Both the position numbers and the translations under genes were made by a program. Source: Promethearchaeota archaeon (lineage in GTDB: Archaea; Asgardarchaeota; Lokiarchaeia; Sigyniarchaeales; SOKP01). From it: a stretch of DNA of 64,000 nucleotides. Each line of letters opens with the position of its first letter. Within the stretch, counting starts at the first letter, position 1. Of this stretch, positions 1 through 9,828 are shown piece after piece. Location of the stretch: assembly GCA_019058295.1 (NCBI GenBank), contig JAHPZI010000002.1, positions 32,001 through 96,000 of the forward strand. The letters run 5' to 3'. The notes beneath the pieces are model-generated. The model had not been told where the DNA came from. It searched no databases and saw nothing but the letters and a program-made list of their open reading frames with translations.

Positions 1-1152
1 ATTATAAAAACCCCCTCGAACATTCGAATCATTTATAGGACTTCTTTCTCCATACATCCACGGTGTAAAAATTAAATTATTTGCACCAACTTCAGATCCT
101 TCTACAGTATCATCCAAATATCTATATAGTTCTTGTTTATTGTTTTTATATTTCTCTACTTCACCTTTAAATATTTGATTTGCGACCCAATCTAAACAAA
201 CCCCCCCCGTTTCCTGTTTACAAAGACATAAATAATTGTTTTGAGCAGAACAAATACTTCCAATGTAATATGCAAGGGTGTTCTTCCTTTCGGAAATATG
301 TGCGCCAACAAAATCAGCTGTTCCTATACAAACGAGAAGGTGCTTTTCATTTATAGCTCCAGAACCAAGAGCCCCAGAAGTCAAATCAAACGATCCAACA
401 AAAACAGGAAGTTCTGCTCTTAAACCTAGGTCCTCTGCTGCCTCTTTTGTTAAACTACCGGCCAAATCGGTTGATTTTTTTATTTCGGGTAGTTTTTGCT
501 TGTCTATTTCAAATTTATCTAATATTGTATCAGACCAATTTAATTTATTTAAATCTGAATCCATCATCCATGAAACATTCCCTAAATCCACTGAAATTAT
601 AGCATTATTTGTACATTTGTAAACAACAAAATCTTTTACATTAAAGAATTTATATGTTTTATTGTAAATCTCAGGTTCATGTTTTTTTAACCATATAATA
701 TGAGAAATAGGATCCTTCCCATTTAGTCCAGGAGCGCCACCTGTATTATCAAGAAACATATTAAGTGTTTCAAAATTATATCCAGAGACTAAATTCTCTC
801 CCTCTGAATATAGATGGGTTATTGTGGAAGCCCGAGTGTCAAGCCAACTAATACACTTCATTAAAGGAGTTCCTTGTTGATCTATGGGAATCGTACAATT
901 CCCTTGGGAATCAAAAATTAAACCTACAATATCGTCTGGATTAATATTATTTTCATGAATAAGAATGTGAGTTGCTTTTATTACTGAATTCCAAAAATCT
1001 TCGGGTTCTTGTTCGACACACCCTTGTTGTTTTGGATAGTAAAGCGGATAACTCACTTTTGTCTGATTAAGCACATTCAATTTTAGGTCAAATAAAACAG
1101 CCTTATTTCCTGATGTTCCTAAATCATGAGTTAAAATATATTTATCTGTCAT
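1..1152 (-). CDS. FGGY-family carbohydrate kinase (xylulokinase-like), truncated by the window edge
   Basis: Not in the ORF track. Manual translation from ATG at 1152 gives MTDKYILTHDLGTSGNKAVLFD (FGGY phosphate-1 motif). The same frame reads WMYGERSPIND at the window edge. Confidence 0.85.
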   Translation of the reverse strand, partial: MTDKYILTHDLGTSGNKAVLFDLKLNVLNQTKVSYPLYYPKQQGCVEQEPEDFWNSVIKATHILIHENNINPDDIVGLIFDSQGNCTIPIDQQGTPLMKCISWLDTRASTITHLYSEGENLVSGYNFETLNMFLDNTGGAPGLNGKDPISHIIWLKKHEPEIYNKTYKFFNVKDFVVYKCTNNAIISVDLGNVSWMMDSDLNKLNWSDTILDKFEIDKQKLPEIKKSTDLAGSLTKEAAEDLGLRAELPVFVGSFDLTSGALGSGAINEKHLLVCIGTADFVGAHISERKNTLAYYIGSICSAQNNYLCLCKQETGGVCLDWVANQIFKGEVEKYKNNKQELYRYLDDTVEGSEVGANNLIFTPWMYGERSPINDSNVRGGFYN

Positions 1153-1334
1153 TTTAATTATTGTTGATTTTTACTTGTATATTTATAATATTAATTCAAT
1201 ACAAATAAAAATAAACTTAAATTCTCATAAACTTAAAAGAAATTTTATAGCACAAATCTTTAAATTTAAAAAATTAATAAATAATTAGAATCGAAAGAAA
1301 TTAATAAAAATAATATAAAAAGGGAGTGTTGTAA

Positions 1335-2741
1335 TTGGAATCTATATCGACCATTTCAAAACTTGAAATTCCAATAGGTAAAGTTTTTTACAGTAAGAAA
1401 TCAAAAATCTTATCTGTTGATCTTTTTGGTTTTGTGTTCGTAGGCCATTATAAAAAATCTGCAAAAGTTAGCGAAATATTAGACGATATTTTTGCTTCAT
1501 TGAAAGAGATCAAATTTGAACGTAGCTCCATTTGTTTCTTGGATTATAATAACTTGCCAATTTCCGAAAAGAAAAAATTAACGAATCTAAGGTTGAAAGA
1601 GAAAATCGAAAAGGAAGAAAAAAAAGGTAAGAAAGGAAAAGTTGAAAAAGAAAAAGAAAAAAAAGCTGATAAAATAGAAGAGAAAAAAGTATCCGAGAAA
1701 ACGAGAAAAGATAAGAGAAAAAAAGAAAGCAAACTTGTACAATCAGAACAAGAAAGAGAATATTCGTATGGAAGAGATTTAGAAGAGGAAGCTCGTTTTA
1801 AACGAGAAATTGATGTCAGTACTGATGACAAAATATTAATGAAAGACACCGCGGAAGCTTTGGATGAATTGAGTTTTAGTACAAAAGCACCAACAAGAGC
1901 ATCTATTCCACCACCACCAACACCAGCACCTGAGTCTTCTCCACCAGCAGGAGGAGCTCCGGCTAAATCAGAGAGAGCTATAGAACCCGAAGAATATGAA
2001 GAAGAAGGAGAATTAGCGGAAGAAGAAGAGCCTAAACCAACTACTTATAATATCAATATGGGGTTTCAATATTATTCTGTAATGATGGAGCAGAAGAGTT
2101 ATTTATTTTACGTTTATTTCTCACATGAAGAATTAAAAATTATGGATGAGGAGGGTAAAACAATATACACGACTACATTTACAATAACCACAATTAAAAA
2201 AGAACCTCCAATATTAGATTTAAGAATAGAAGGGGAAGGATTTGAGGTCCATCCGTTAACAGGGAAAGTTGAAGTCAAAAAAGATGCAGTTAATCCCCCA
2301 GTGATGATCTTTTCCGTATTACCATTAAAATCAATTAAGACTAAAAAGAAAAAACAAAAGAAAAAGAGTGAGAGACGCTATCTAAACGTCTATATCGATT
2401 TTGAAAATAAAACAATTAGTCATTCCGTTTTATCTATAATTGTACAGCCAAAGCATTATCATTTAGATTTAGGGCCTATACATTTAGATCTTAGTAAAAG
2501 GACAGCAATGACCATATCTTTCATTTCTGTATTAGTAGCTACGATTTCGACTATATATTCATTTTTAAATTTCGAAGTAACATCTTTAACGGACATAGTT
2601 AGCGGGTTTGCTCCAGGTCTAGCTTCGTTTATATTTTTCGCAGTATTTATTATAACATTATTTAAAAATGGTATATATCCTCTTAAACAAAAGTGGGCCG
2701 CTTTATTAAATTTTGATAAGGGACCCACAATGATTAAATAG
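1335..2741 (+). CDS. Hypothetical protein with K/E-rich and Pro-rich low-complexity middle and two C-terminal transmembrane helices
   Basis: 468-aa ORF with PPPPTPAP and EK-rich tracts and a hydrophobic C-terminus; GGGAG upstream of the TTG start. Confidence 0.7.
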   Translation: MESISTISKLEIPIGKVFYSKKSKILSVDLFGFVFVGHYKKSAKVSEILDDIFASLKEIKFERSSICFLDYNNLPISEKKKLTNLRLKEKIEKEEKKGKKGKVEKEKEKKADKIEEKKVSEKTRKDKRKKESKLVQSEQEREYSYGRDLEEEARFKREIDVSTDDKILMKDTAEALDELSFSTKAPTRASIPPPPTPAPESSPPAGGAPAKSERAIEPEEYEEEGELAEEEEPKPTTYNINMGFQYYSVMMEQKSYLFYVYFSHEELKIMDEEGKTIYTTTFTITTIKKEPPILDLRIEGEGFEVHPLTGKVEVKKDAVNPPVMIFSVLPLKSIKTKKKKQKKKSERRYLNVYIDFENKTISHSVLSIIVQPKHYHLDLGPIHLDLSKRTAMTISFISVLVATISTIYSFLNFEVTSLTDIVSGFAPGLASFIFFAVFIITLFKNGIYPLKQKWAALLNFDKGPTMIK

Positions 2742-2743
2742 AT

Positions 2744-3637
2744 TTAAGCCTCTAAATATTCCCAAAATTTTTTTTTTAAACCTTTTATTTTCTTATCTTT
2801 TAATTTTATGAAATACACTTCCCTTTTAGCAATAATAGGATAATCTTTAACTTCTAAAATTTTAATCAGCCCAGCATCTTCAGCTTTTTTAACAATAATT
2901 TCGCTTAGAATAGAAATATTATCCGATTCGCTGACTGCTGAGATAATTGAATCATTATCATTCATTTCTAATATCATATTTAATTCCTTATATCTAGGAA
3001 AATGTTGTTCAATTATATTTCGAGTTCCAGAGCCTTTTTCCCTGAAAATAAAAGGAAATTTAATAAGATCGTCAAAATTAACTATATTTTCTCCACTTTT
3101 TAGCAATTTATGATTAGGATTGCATATGAATACGAGATTATCATCTCCAATTTTAATAATATCAAAGTGATCTTGCTTTTCTTCCATAAAACTGCCTACT
3201 CCCGCAAAATCTGAGATCCCTTTTATTAATAAATCGATTGCTTTTTGCGAATTATTTATTAATACTTTAAAATTAACATTTGGATGCTCATTTCTAAAGT
3301 TAGCTATGTATTTTGGTAAAATATGAGATCCTGGCAATGTCGAAGCTGTTATGGTTATATCTTCAATCTGTTGCTTACTGTACTTAGAAAGTTCTTGGAT
3401 ACAAGAATCATATAAATTGATTATTTTTTCAGCATAGTCCAAGAATATTTTACCTTCCTGGGTTATATCAAATTTTCTAGTACTTCTATCTATCAAGGTG
3501 ATCCCTCCTAATTCTTTTTCTAATTGAGAAATCTGATGAGATAAAGTACTTTGTGAAATTGAGAGCTCTTTTGATAATTCAGAAAAACTCTGATATTTCG
3601 TGAGGCTAATAAAGTTTCTTAAAAATTCAATATTCAT
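2744..3637 (-). CDS. LysR-family transcriptional regulator (CysL/selenium-sulfur-associated type)
   Basis: N-terminal HTH FSELSKELSISQSTLSHQISQLEKELG; substrate-binding domain with ASTLPG and REKGSGTR. Confidence 0.9.
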   Translation of the reverse strand: MNIEFLRNFISLTKYQSFSELSKELSISQSTLSHQISQLEKELGGITLIDRSTRKFDITQEGKIFLDYAEKIINLYDSCIQELSKYSKQQIEDITITASTLPGSHILPKYIANFRNEHPNVNFKVLINNSQKAIDLLIKGISDFAGVGSFMEEKQDHFDIIKIGDDNLVFICNPNHKLLKSGENIVNFDDLIKFPFIFREKGSGTRNIIEQHFPRYKELNMILEMNDNDSIISAVSESDNISILSEIIVKKAEDAGLIKILEVKDYPIIAKREVYFIKLKDKKIKGLKKKFWEYLEA

Positions 3638-3792
3638 TTCAAAATTAGCTTTACTTATGTATAATTTAATTATGGGTGAAAGATGTTAAAAATGTATTCT
3701 AATTTAAAATTGTGAATTGTTCCTTAAATTAACACGCCTAAATTGATTTTCAATTAAATTTTAAAATTACTTCTTATTTTCTTACCTATATT

Positions 3793-5280
3793 ATGAGTTC
3801 ACACTTCTTACATGATTTTCTGCGTCCAAAGAGCATAGCCATTTATGGTGCTAATAATACTTTTGGTACCACAATGGGCACCATGCAATTAATGCGGATT
3901 ATTAGTTCGGGATATAAGGGTAAAATTTTTCCCATCCACTTAAAATTAGATAAAGTATTAGGCTATAAGGCTTATAGAACAATAGCAGAAGTTCCAGAAA
4001 TTCCTGATCTCGTTGTAATAGTGTTGCCACCTAAAGTTGTTCCTCAGGTTTTTAAAGAATGTGGAGAGAAAGGAGTTAAAAAAATTGTATTGATTTCTGG
4101 AGGTTTTAGGGAAGTTACCGGTGATCGAGTTAACACACTCACGGAACAAATAATTGAAATTGCAAACCATTATGGCATTAGATTCATTGGCCCCAACTGT
4201 TTTGGTTTTTATAATAGTTGGATTTATCCAGAAAACGACGGTATTTTAAATATGATGGTATGGGGGGATGGGTTAAAGCGAGGTAAATTTTCATTAGCCT
4301 CTCAAAGTGGTACCATGTCAAGCCATTGGGGGATGGATCCAGAATATATCGATCTTAGTGTGGGTAAGACAATTTCAGTTGGAAATGAAGCTAACATTGA
4401 TCTTGTAGATTTTTTAGAATATTTTAAAGATGATGATGAAACTGAAGTAATTGGATTATATATTGAAGAAATTAAACGAGGACAAAAATTTATACAACTA
4501 ACAAAAGAGATTACACCAAAAAAACCGATTGTAGCTATGTATGGAGGAGGATCTGGAGCAGGTAATCGCGCTATAAGGAGTCATACAGGTTCAATGGCAG
4601 GAAATATTAAGATCTTTGATGCTATGATTAAAGAGACCGGGATTATCAAGACTGATTATATTTTAGAATTTCTCGATATTGTCTCAATATTATCAAACCC
4701 AAACTTCATATATCCTCGAGGAAACCGAATAGGAATCGTAACTAACTCAGGTGGGCCAGGAGCTTTAATAGCAAACAACGCTGAAAGAAAGGGGCTAATT
4801 GTTCCTAAATTATCAGATACATTACAACTTAAATTTAAAAAGATTTTACCTTCTACTGGCAGTTGGGTTAATCCCATCGATGTTACCTTCGATATGAATA
4901 TCTTCAATTTTTATATAAATCTTCCTAAAACATTAATGAGATCTGGAGAAGTGGATGCAATAATCATATATGGTGCTATAGGATTTCATGAAATGATACC
5001 ATATATGCAGCAAAATGAAAAACTATCTGCCCATGTAGAATTTAGGGAAGATATGGCTGATAGATTAGATGAGATGGACAAAATCTTTATCAAACCAACT
5101 ATTAAAGCATCTCAAAAATATTCGATCCCAATTCTCTATATTAATCCTCAAAATTATGCGAGTACTTGGTCGAAAAAAATTAGAGAACATGGAGGGATCG
5201 TTTTTCAATTCTGGGATCGTCCTGTAGGTGCATTAGCAAAGATAATTGAATATATAGAATTCACCAAAAAGCATTCTTAA
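3793..5280 (+). CDS. Acetate/acyl-CoA ligase (ADP-forming) alpha subunit
   Basis: CoA-binding N-terminus, IGPNCFG, SQSG, SVGNEA, phospho-His motif SHTGSMAG, NSGGPG, NPID. Confidence 0.88.
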   Translation: MSSHFLHDFLRPKSIAIYGANNTFGTTMGTMQLMRIISSGYKGKIFPIHLKLDKVLGYKAYRTIAEVPEIPDLVVIVLPPKVVPQVFKECGEKGVKKIVLISGGFREVTGDRVNTLTEQIIEIANHYGIRFIGPNCFGFYNSWIYPENDGILNMMVWGDGLKRGKFSLASQSGTMSSHWGMDPEYIDLSVGKTISVGNEANIDLVDFLEYFKDDDETEVIGLYIEEIKRGQKFIQLTKEITPKKPIVAMYGGGSGAGNRAIRSHTGSMAGNIKIFDAMIKETGIIKTDYILEFLDIVSILSNPNFIYPRGNRIGIVTNSGGPGALIANNAERKGLIVPKLSDTLQLKFKKILPSTGSWVNPIDVTFDMNIFNFYINLPKTLMRSGEVDAIIIYGAIGFHEMIPYMQQNEKLSAHVEFREDMADRLDEMDKIFIKPTIKASQKYSIPILYINPQNYASTWSKKIREHGGIVFQFWDRPVGALAKIIEYIEFTKKHS

Positions 5281-5337
5281 TTTATCTCCATTAATATTTT
5301 TTTATTCTCTTTCAATTTAGATGCTTTTTAATTTTTC

Positions 5338-5376
5338 TATCGAAATAATCGATAATTATTATCGAAAATTTAAATA
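5338..5376 (+). promoter_or_regulatory. Putative LysR operator (TATCGA-N5-TCGATA plus second site) abutting a TATA-like box upstream of dsrE-tusA
   Basis: TATCGAAATAATCGATAATTATTATCGAAAATTTAAATA; near-identical copy at 6078; fits the T-N11-A LysR box. Confidence 0.7.
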
Positions 5377-5437
5377 TCAATCTTAAATTTGTATAAATAC
5401 AGATATAAATAAAATTGTTTTTGAGTAGAAATTAAAA

Positions 5438-5797
5438 ATGTCAGATAAAAAGAAAGTCTTTACGATTGCTATTGGAAGTGGCCAATATACCACTGAAAGG
5501 CCCTATACTCTTCTTAGATTTGCATATACCGCTTTATTAGGGGGACACAATATAAATATTTTTCTTGTGGAAGATGGTATTTGGGTGGGAAAGAAGAATC
5601 AAGATCCTAGTACTTATGATAATGTCGGAAAGTGGTTAAAAGATGTTATTGAAGAAGGTGCTAAAGTGTTAGCATGTGGTGTTTGTATGAAAGCTCGAGG
5701 GATGTCCGAAGAGGAATTAATAGAAGGCATCCAAAAAACTACTATGAATGGATTTCTTGAAATGTGTGAAGAGGCTGATAATATCATATTCTCTTAA
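5438..5797 (+). CDS. DsrE/TusD-family sulfur relay protein
   Basis: IFLVEDG and ACGVCMKARG motifs, 119 aa. Confidence 0.85.
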   Translation: MSDKKKVFTIAIGSGQYTTERPYTLLRFAYTALLGGHNINIFLVEDGIWVGKKNQDPSTYDNVGKWLKDVIEEGAKVLACGVCMKARGMSEEELIEGIQKTTMNGFLEMCEEADNIIFS

Positions 5798-5820
5798 ATA
5801 TGATAAAGGTGATTAAAAAA

Positions 5821-6048
5821 ATGGCAAATACCTTAAAATTAGATTGCGCAGGTTTAGTATGTCCTTTACCAGTAGCAAAAACAAAAAAAATGCTGAATAA
5901 AATGAATAGTGGAGATATATTAGATGTATTTGGAGATTTTTATGAAGCTGGAGAAAATATAAAGAGATTCGCCGAAAAACATGGGGGAAAGATTTTAGAA
6001 TTCAAATCCGAAGGAGAAAATTATCACGTGATAATTGAAAAAAAATAA
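5821..6048 (+). CDS. tusA: TusA/SirA-family sulfurtransferase
   Basis: LDCAGLVCPLP (CPxP) motif; GGTGA ribosome-binding site favours ATG 5821 over 5800. Confidence 0.85.
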   Translation: MANTLKLDCAGLVCPLPVAKTKKMLNKMNSGDILDVFGDFYEAGENIKRFAEKHGGKILEFKSEGENYHVIIEKK

Positions 6049-6077
6049 AGAAAAAGCTGTTTTTTTAAAATTTTATT

Positions 6078-6116
6078 TATCGAGTTTTTCGATAATCATT
6101 ATCGATAATTTTAATA
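6078..6116 (+). promoter_or_regulatory. Second copy of the putative LysR operator, upstream of the double-cubane reductase
   Basis: TATCGAGTTTTTCGATAATCATTATCGATAATTTTAATA, aligns without gaps to 5338-5376. Confidence 0.7.
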
Positions 6117-6180
6117 ATTATAATACACATCTTCTATCACTTATAAAATAACTTTAAAAATATTATTAAGAAGAATTATA

Positions 6181-7473
6181 ATGACTCAAATTGAAAAAAC
6201 AAATTGGCGTCCTATGTGGGAAGACCTCGGCATTGACATGGAAAAACATGATCAATTATTAAGTATCCTACCAGATATTTTCAAGGAGGTTTATATTGAT
6301 TCTCAAAAAAATCGACCAGAAGCTATAAGTTTTTGGGACTTTGTGGTTGGAGATATCCACGGAATACGGGTTAGTGAATTAAAGAAAGCAAAAGAAGAGG
6401 GTAAAAAGGTTATTGGGACCTTCTGTTTATATGTTCCCGATGAGATTATTTTTGCATTAGATGCGATTAGTGTTGGTTTATGTGGGGGTACTAACTTCTC
6501 GAACTATGCTTCTGAAGATCTTCTACCTAACAACATCTGTGCATTAATTAAATCTGCTTTAGGATTTGGAGTAGGTAATATTTGTCCATATTATTCAATG
6601 ACAGATATTCTCATCGGTGAGACTACTTGCGATGGAAAGAAAAAAGCTTGGGAAGTTTTAAAAGATTATAAACCTGTGTATGTAATGGAAACACCTCAAT
6701 GCAAATCTCGCCCGGAAGCAAGAGAACATTTCATTGCAGAGATTAAAGCATTAGTTGCAAAATTAGAAATAGTTACTGGAAACAAACTTACTGTAGAAAA
6801 GTTAAAAGCGGCTATGGAAAAAATAGCTAAGAAAAGAACTCAAATGTGTCGTGTTTATGACGCAAGAAAAATTGATCCTCCCCCAATTTCAGGTAAGGAT
6901 GCTCTTCTTATGTCTCAAGTTGCTTTTTATGATGATCCTGACAGAGAAATAGAAATGGTTAGTAAATTAGCTGATGAATTGGAAGATAGAATTAATAAGG
7001 GTATTGGAGTGGTCAATAAAGGAACTAAACGAATTTTAATTAGTGGAACTCCAATGGCTATTCCAAATTGGAAATTGCACCATATTATTGAAACAAGTGG
7101 GGCTGTAGTTGTTACAGAAGAAACTTGTACTGGAACAAGATATTTTGATTCAGAATTTCCAGAAATTAAAGGAGACTCTATTGATGACTTACTTGGACTT
7201 ATTGCCAATAGATATCTAAATATAAATTGTGCATGTTTCACTCCTAACGATAATCGTTTAAAAGATATTAAGCAACTTTTTAAAGAATATAATGCAGATG
7301 GAATAATCTTCTATACGCTCTCTTTTTGCCAGACTTATGACATAGAATCAATAATGTTTGAAAAAGAACTTAAGAAAGAAGGCATTCCAGTAATGTCCAT
7401 AACTACAGACTACTCATCCGAAGATGAAAGCCAATTAAAAACACGAATTCAAGCGTTCCTTGAAATGATTTAA
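6181..7473 (+). CDS. Double-cubane cluster protein (DCCP) / 2-hydroxyacyl-CoA dehydratase-family reductase
   Basis: GTFCLYVP, GLCGG, NICALIKS, CPY, GETTCDGKKK, EETCTGTRY, CACFTPN, FCQTY Cys motifs. Confidence 0.85.
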   Translation: MTQIEKTNWRPMWEDLGIDMEKHDQLLSILPDIFKEVYIDSQKNRPEAISFWDFVVGDIHGIRVSELKKAKEEGKKVIGTFCLYVPDEIIFALDAISVGLCGGTNFSNYASEDLLPNNICALIKSALGFGVGNICPYYSMTDILIGETTCDGKKKAWEVLKDYKPVYVMETPQCKSRPEAREHFIAEIKALVAKLEIVTGNKLTVEKLKAAMEKIAKKRTQMCRVYDARKIDPPPISGKDALLMSQVAFYDDPDREIEMVSKLADELEDRINKGIGVVNKGTKRILISGTPMAIPNWKLHHIIETSGAVVVTEETCTGTRYFDSEFPEIKGDSIDDLLGLIANRYLNINCACFTPNDNRLKDIKQLFKEYNADGIIFYTLSFCQTYDIESIMFEKELKKEGIPVMSITTDYSSEDESQLKTRIQAFLEMI

Positions 7474-7617
7474 ATCTAAGATTTTTTATTACTAAGTATT
7501 AAAAATTATTATCTTTTTTTTCTATTTTTCTTTTTTTCTATTGATTAGTATTTGTAGAAGAATAATTAGAAAACGATAATCAAATTATTTAAATGCTTGA
7601 GAATTACTAATGCCTAT

Positions 7618-8763
7618 ATGATACTCACAAAATTTCAAAAATTGATTGGAACAAAGTATCCAATAATACAAGCGGGGATGGGTCCTTATAGTACCACTGA
7701 CCTCTGCATTGCAGTAGCTAAAGAAGGGGGGCTGGGATTAATCTCAACAATCGGCATGGGAGCCGGTTTAAGTCCAGCTACGCCTGAAGCTGCAGAAAGA
7801 GTCTTCGGGAAGGGGAGACCTCAAGATATTTTAAAAAGAACCATCCAATATGTATTTGATAATTTAAAGGATTACCCAGACGCTAAATTTGGAGTAAATA
7901 TACCGGTTGCGACGGATTTTTCTTATGTAGCGAAGCGCTTAGTTAAGGGAACTTTAGAAATCTTAAAAGAAAAACCAGAGATCCATGATAAATTTGCAGT
8001 TATAGTAACTTCAGCAGGTGATCCATTGCCCTGGTCAATAGATGCCGTGTCGAAAGGTGCTAAAAAGGCAAAGATTCCTATTAAAGAAGAATTACCTAAG
8101 ATTGTTTGGTGTCATGTTTGTCCTAACGTAAGAGCAGCTAAACGCTGTGAAAAAGCAGGTGTTGATATTGTCATCGCATCGGGAAGAGAAGGTGGAGCTC
8201 ATTGTGCATGGAGGGATGTTTCATCAATGGTATTACTTCCCGAAGTCGTTAATAATGTTAATATACCCGTCGTGGGTGCAGGGGGATTCTCAGATGGAGC
8301 TTCTCTCGCAGCTGCTTTAGCTTTAGGTGCGATTGGCATTCAGATGGGAACGCGCTTTATTGCAACTAAAGAAGCGGATTTTCAACAAATGTGGAAAGAA
8401 GCTATCGTGAAACGAGCCGAAACTGATACTCTTGTGGCTCGAGGCTTGTTTGGCCCGATGCGCTTTCTTAGAAATACGATGTCCATGAAAGTTGTGGATG
8501 CAACAATAGATGGAGCTTCGAATCTCTATAGAGGGATCCCATGTCCATCGAATCAAACGATAATGGACATTGAAATGGAAGGTCTTAGAAAGCTTTACAA
8601 CGAGAGTGAAGAAGAATCTATAATACTAGGGGGAGTGGTTACCGGACGTATTCATTCGATCCCTACAGTGAAAGAACTGCTTGAAAGTATAATAGCAGAA
8701 GCTGAAGAAATTATCTCAAAATTACCATCCTACATTAGAAAAGAGAAATTAATAGAAATTTAA
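7618..8763 (+). CDS. Nitronate monooxygenase / FabK-like flavin oxidoreductase
   Basis: YPIIQAGMG, GREGGAH, PVVGAGG, GIQMGTRF. ATG 7618 preferred over the track's TTG 7597. Confidence 0.85.
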   Translation: MILTKFQKLIGTKYPIIQAGMGPYSTTDLCIAVAKEGGLGLISTIGMGAGLSPATPEAAERVFGKGRPQDILKRTIQYVFDNLKDYPDAKFGVNIPVATDFSYVAKRLVKGTLEILKEKPEIHDKFAVIVTSAGDPLPWSIDAVSKGAKKAKIPIKEELPKIVWCHVCPNVRAAKRCEKAGVDIVIASGREGGAHCAWRDVSSMVLLPEVVNNVNIPVVGAGGFSDGASLAAALALGAIGIQMGTRFIATKEADFQQMWKEAIVKRAETDTLVARGLFGPMRFLRNTMSMKVVDATIDGASNLYRGIPCPSNQTIMDIEMEGLRKLYNESEEESIILGGVVTGRIHSIPTVKELLESIIAEAEEIISKLPSYIRKEKLIEI

Positions 8764-9025
8764 AAAATAAGAACTAAAATTTAATTTTTATTATTATTCA
8801 TTTTATTATAGCTTTGTTCTTTTGGAATTTATTCCAATAAGATTTTTTTTACCAGTTAATTCAGACACGCATATCATTAAACAGAATACTCAATTTTAAA
8901 TACTCTTAATATATGATATTATTGATTAGGTAAAATAATTTTTTTCACCATTAAAAATTCAAGATTCTTAGTGCATAAAATTTAGAAATATTTAATAAAA
9001 TAAAATTATGCTTGTGAACTAAATC

Positions 9026-9793
9026 GTGCTTGAGAAAAAAAATGAGCCTCAAAATGAAAAATTAGTAAAAATTGTATGTCCTATTTGCAAAACTGAAAAA
9101 AAATTAACAATTTCAAAGTCAATTCTCAGTACATCAGGAAATTTAACCACAATATCAATTCAAAAAAAAGAGATTTGCGAACATCATTTTCAAGTCTTTA
9201 TTGATAGAGACTTTAAAGTTAGAGGTTATCAAAAAGTAGATTATGAAATAGACACAATAAAAAAACTTCCTAAAGGCGAATTTTATATAAAACTAATACT
9301 TGTAGGGGATTATCAAGTGGGGAAATCTGCAATTATAAAAAGATTTATTGATAATACCTTTGATGAGGCTTATTTACCAACACTACAACTGAAAATTTCA
9401 AAAAAAACATTAAAGTTTGGAGAATCAACCGCTAACCTTGTAATTTGGGATGTGGGCGGTCAATCTATTAATATGTCCTCCTATAGAGATCGCTTTTATG
9501 AAGGAGCACAATCAGCTATAATTGTAGTGGATAGAACTCGACCAGAAACATTAGAACATGTTGAACGATGGTATAAAGACACTTATAAAGCAATCCAACA
9601 TAAAATTCCATATATTTTGGTTGGAAATAAATCAGATTTAAACAATGATGTTGTTGTGCAGAAACAAGATTTAGAGGATAAGGCTAAAGAGTTCGATTTA
9701 AATTATATAATCACATCAGCTAAGACAGGTGAAAATATTAATGATGCATTTTCAAATTTAACTTATAATTATCTCGAGTCCCAATTTTCTTAG
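9026..9793 (+). CDS. Rab/Ras-like small GTPase with N-terminal zinc-finger-like extension
   Basis: G1 GDYQVGKS, G3 WDVGGQ, G4 GNKSD, G5 SAK; N-terminal CPIC...CEHH. Confidence 0.9.
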   Translation: MLEKKNEPQNEKLVKIVCPICKTEKKLTISKSILSTSGNLTTISIQKKEICEHHFQVFIDRDFKVRGYQKVDYEIDTIKKLPKGEFYIKLILVGDYQVGKSAIIKRFIDNTFDEAYLPTLQLKISKKTLKFGESTANLVIWDVGGQSINMSSYRDRFYEGAQSAIIVVDRTRPETLEHVERWYKDTYKAIQHKIPYILVGNKSDLNNDVVVQKQDLEDKAKEFDLNYIITSAKTGENINDAFSNLTYNYLESQFS

Positions 9794-9828
9794 AAAAACT
9801 AAAGAAATTAAAAAAAAAAAAGAAATGA

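Noticed and set aside
241-622. Short plus-strand ORFs, and similar antisense ORFs across the window (e.g. 1544-1849, 12843-13280, 22484-22897)
   Set aside because: They are shadows of longer motif-bearing genes on the opposite strand or frame.
7570-7595. Partial CGATAATC match to the LysR operator before the nitronate monooxygenase gene
   Set aside because: Only a half-site in AT-rich DNA; the dyad is missing.
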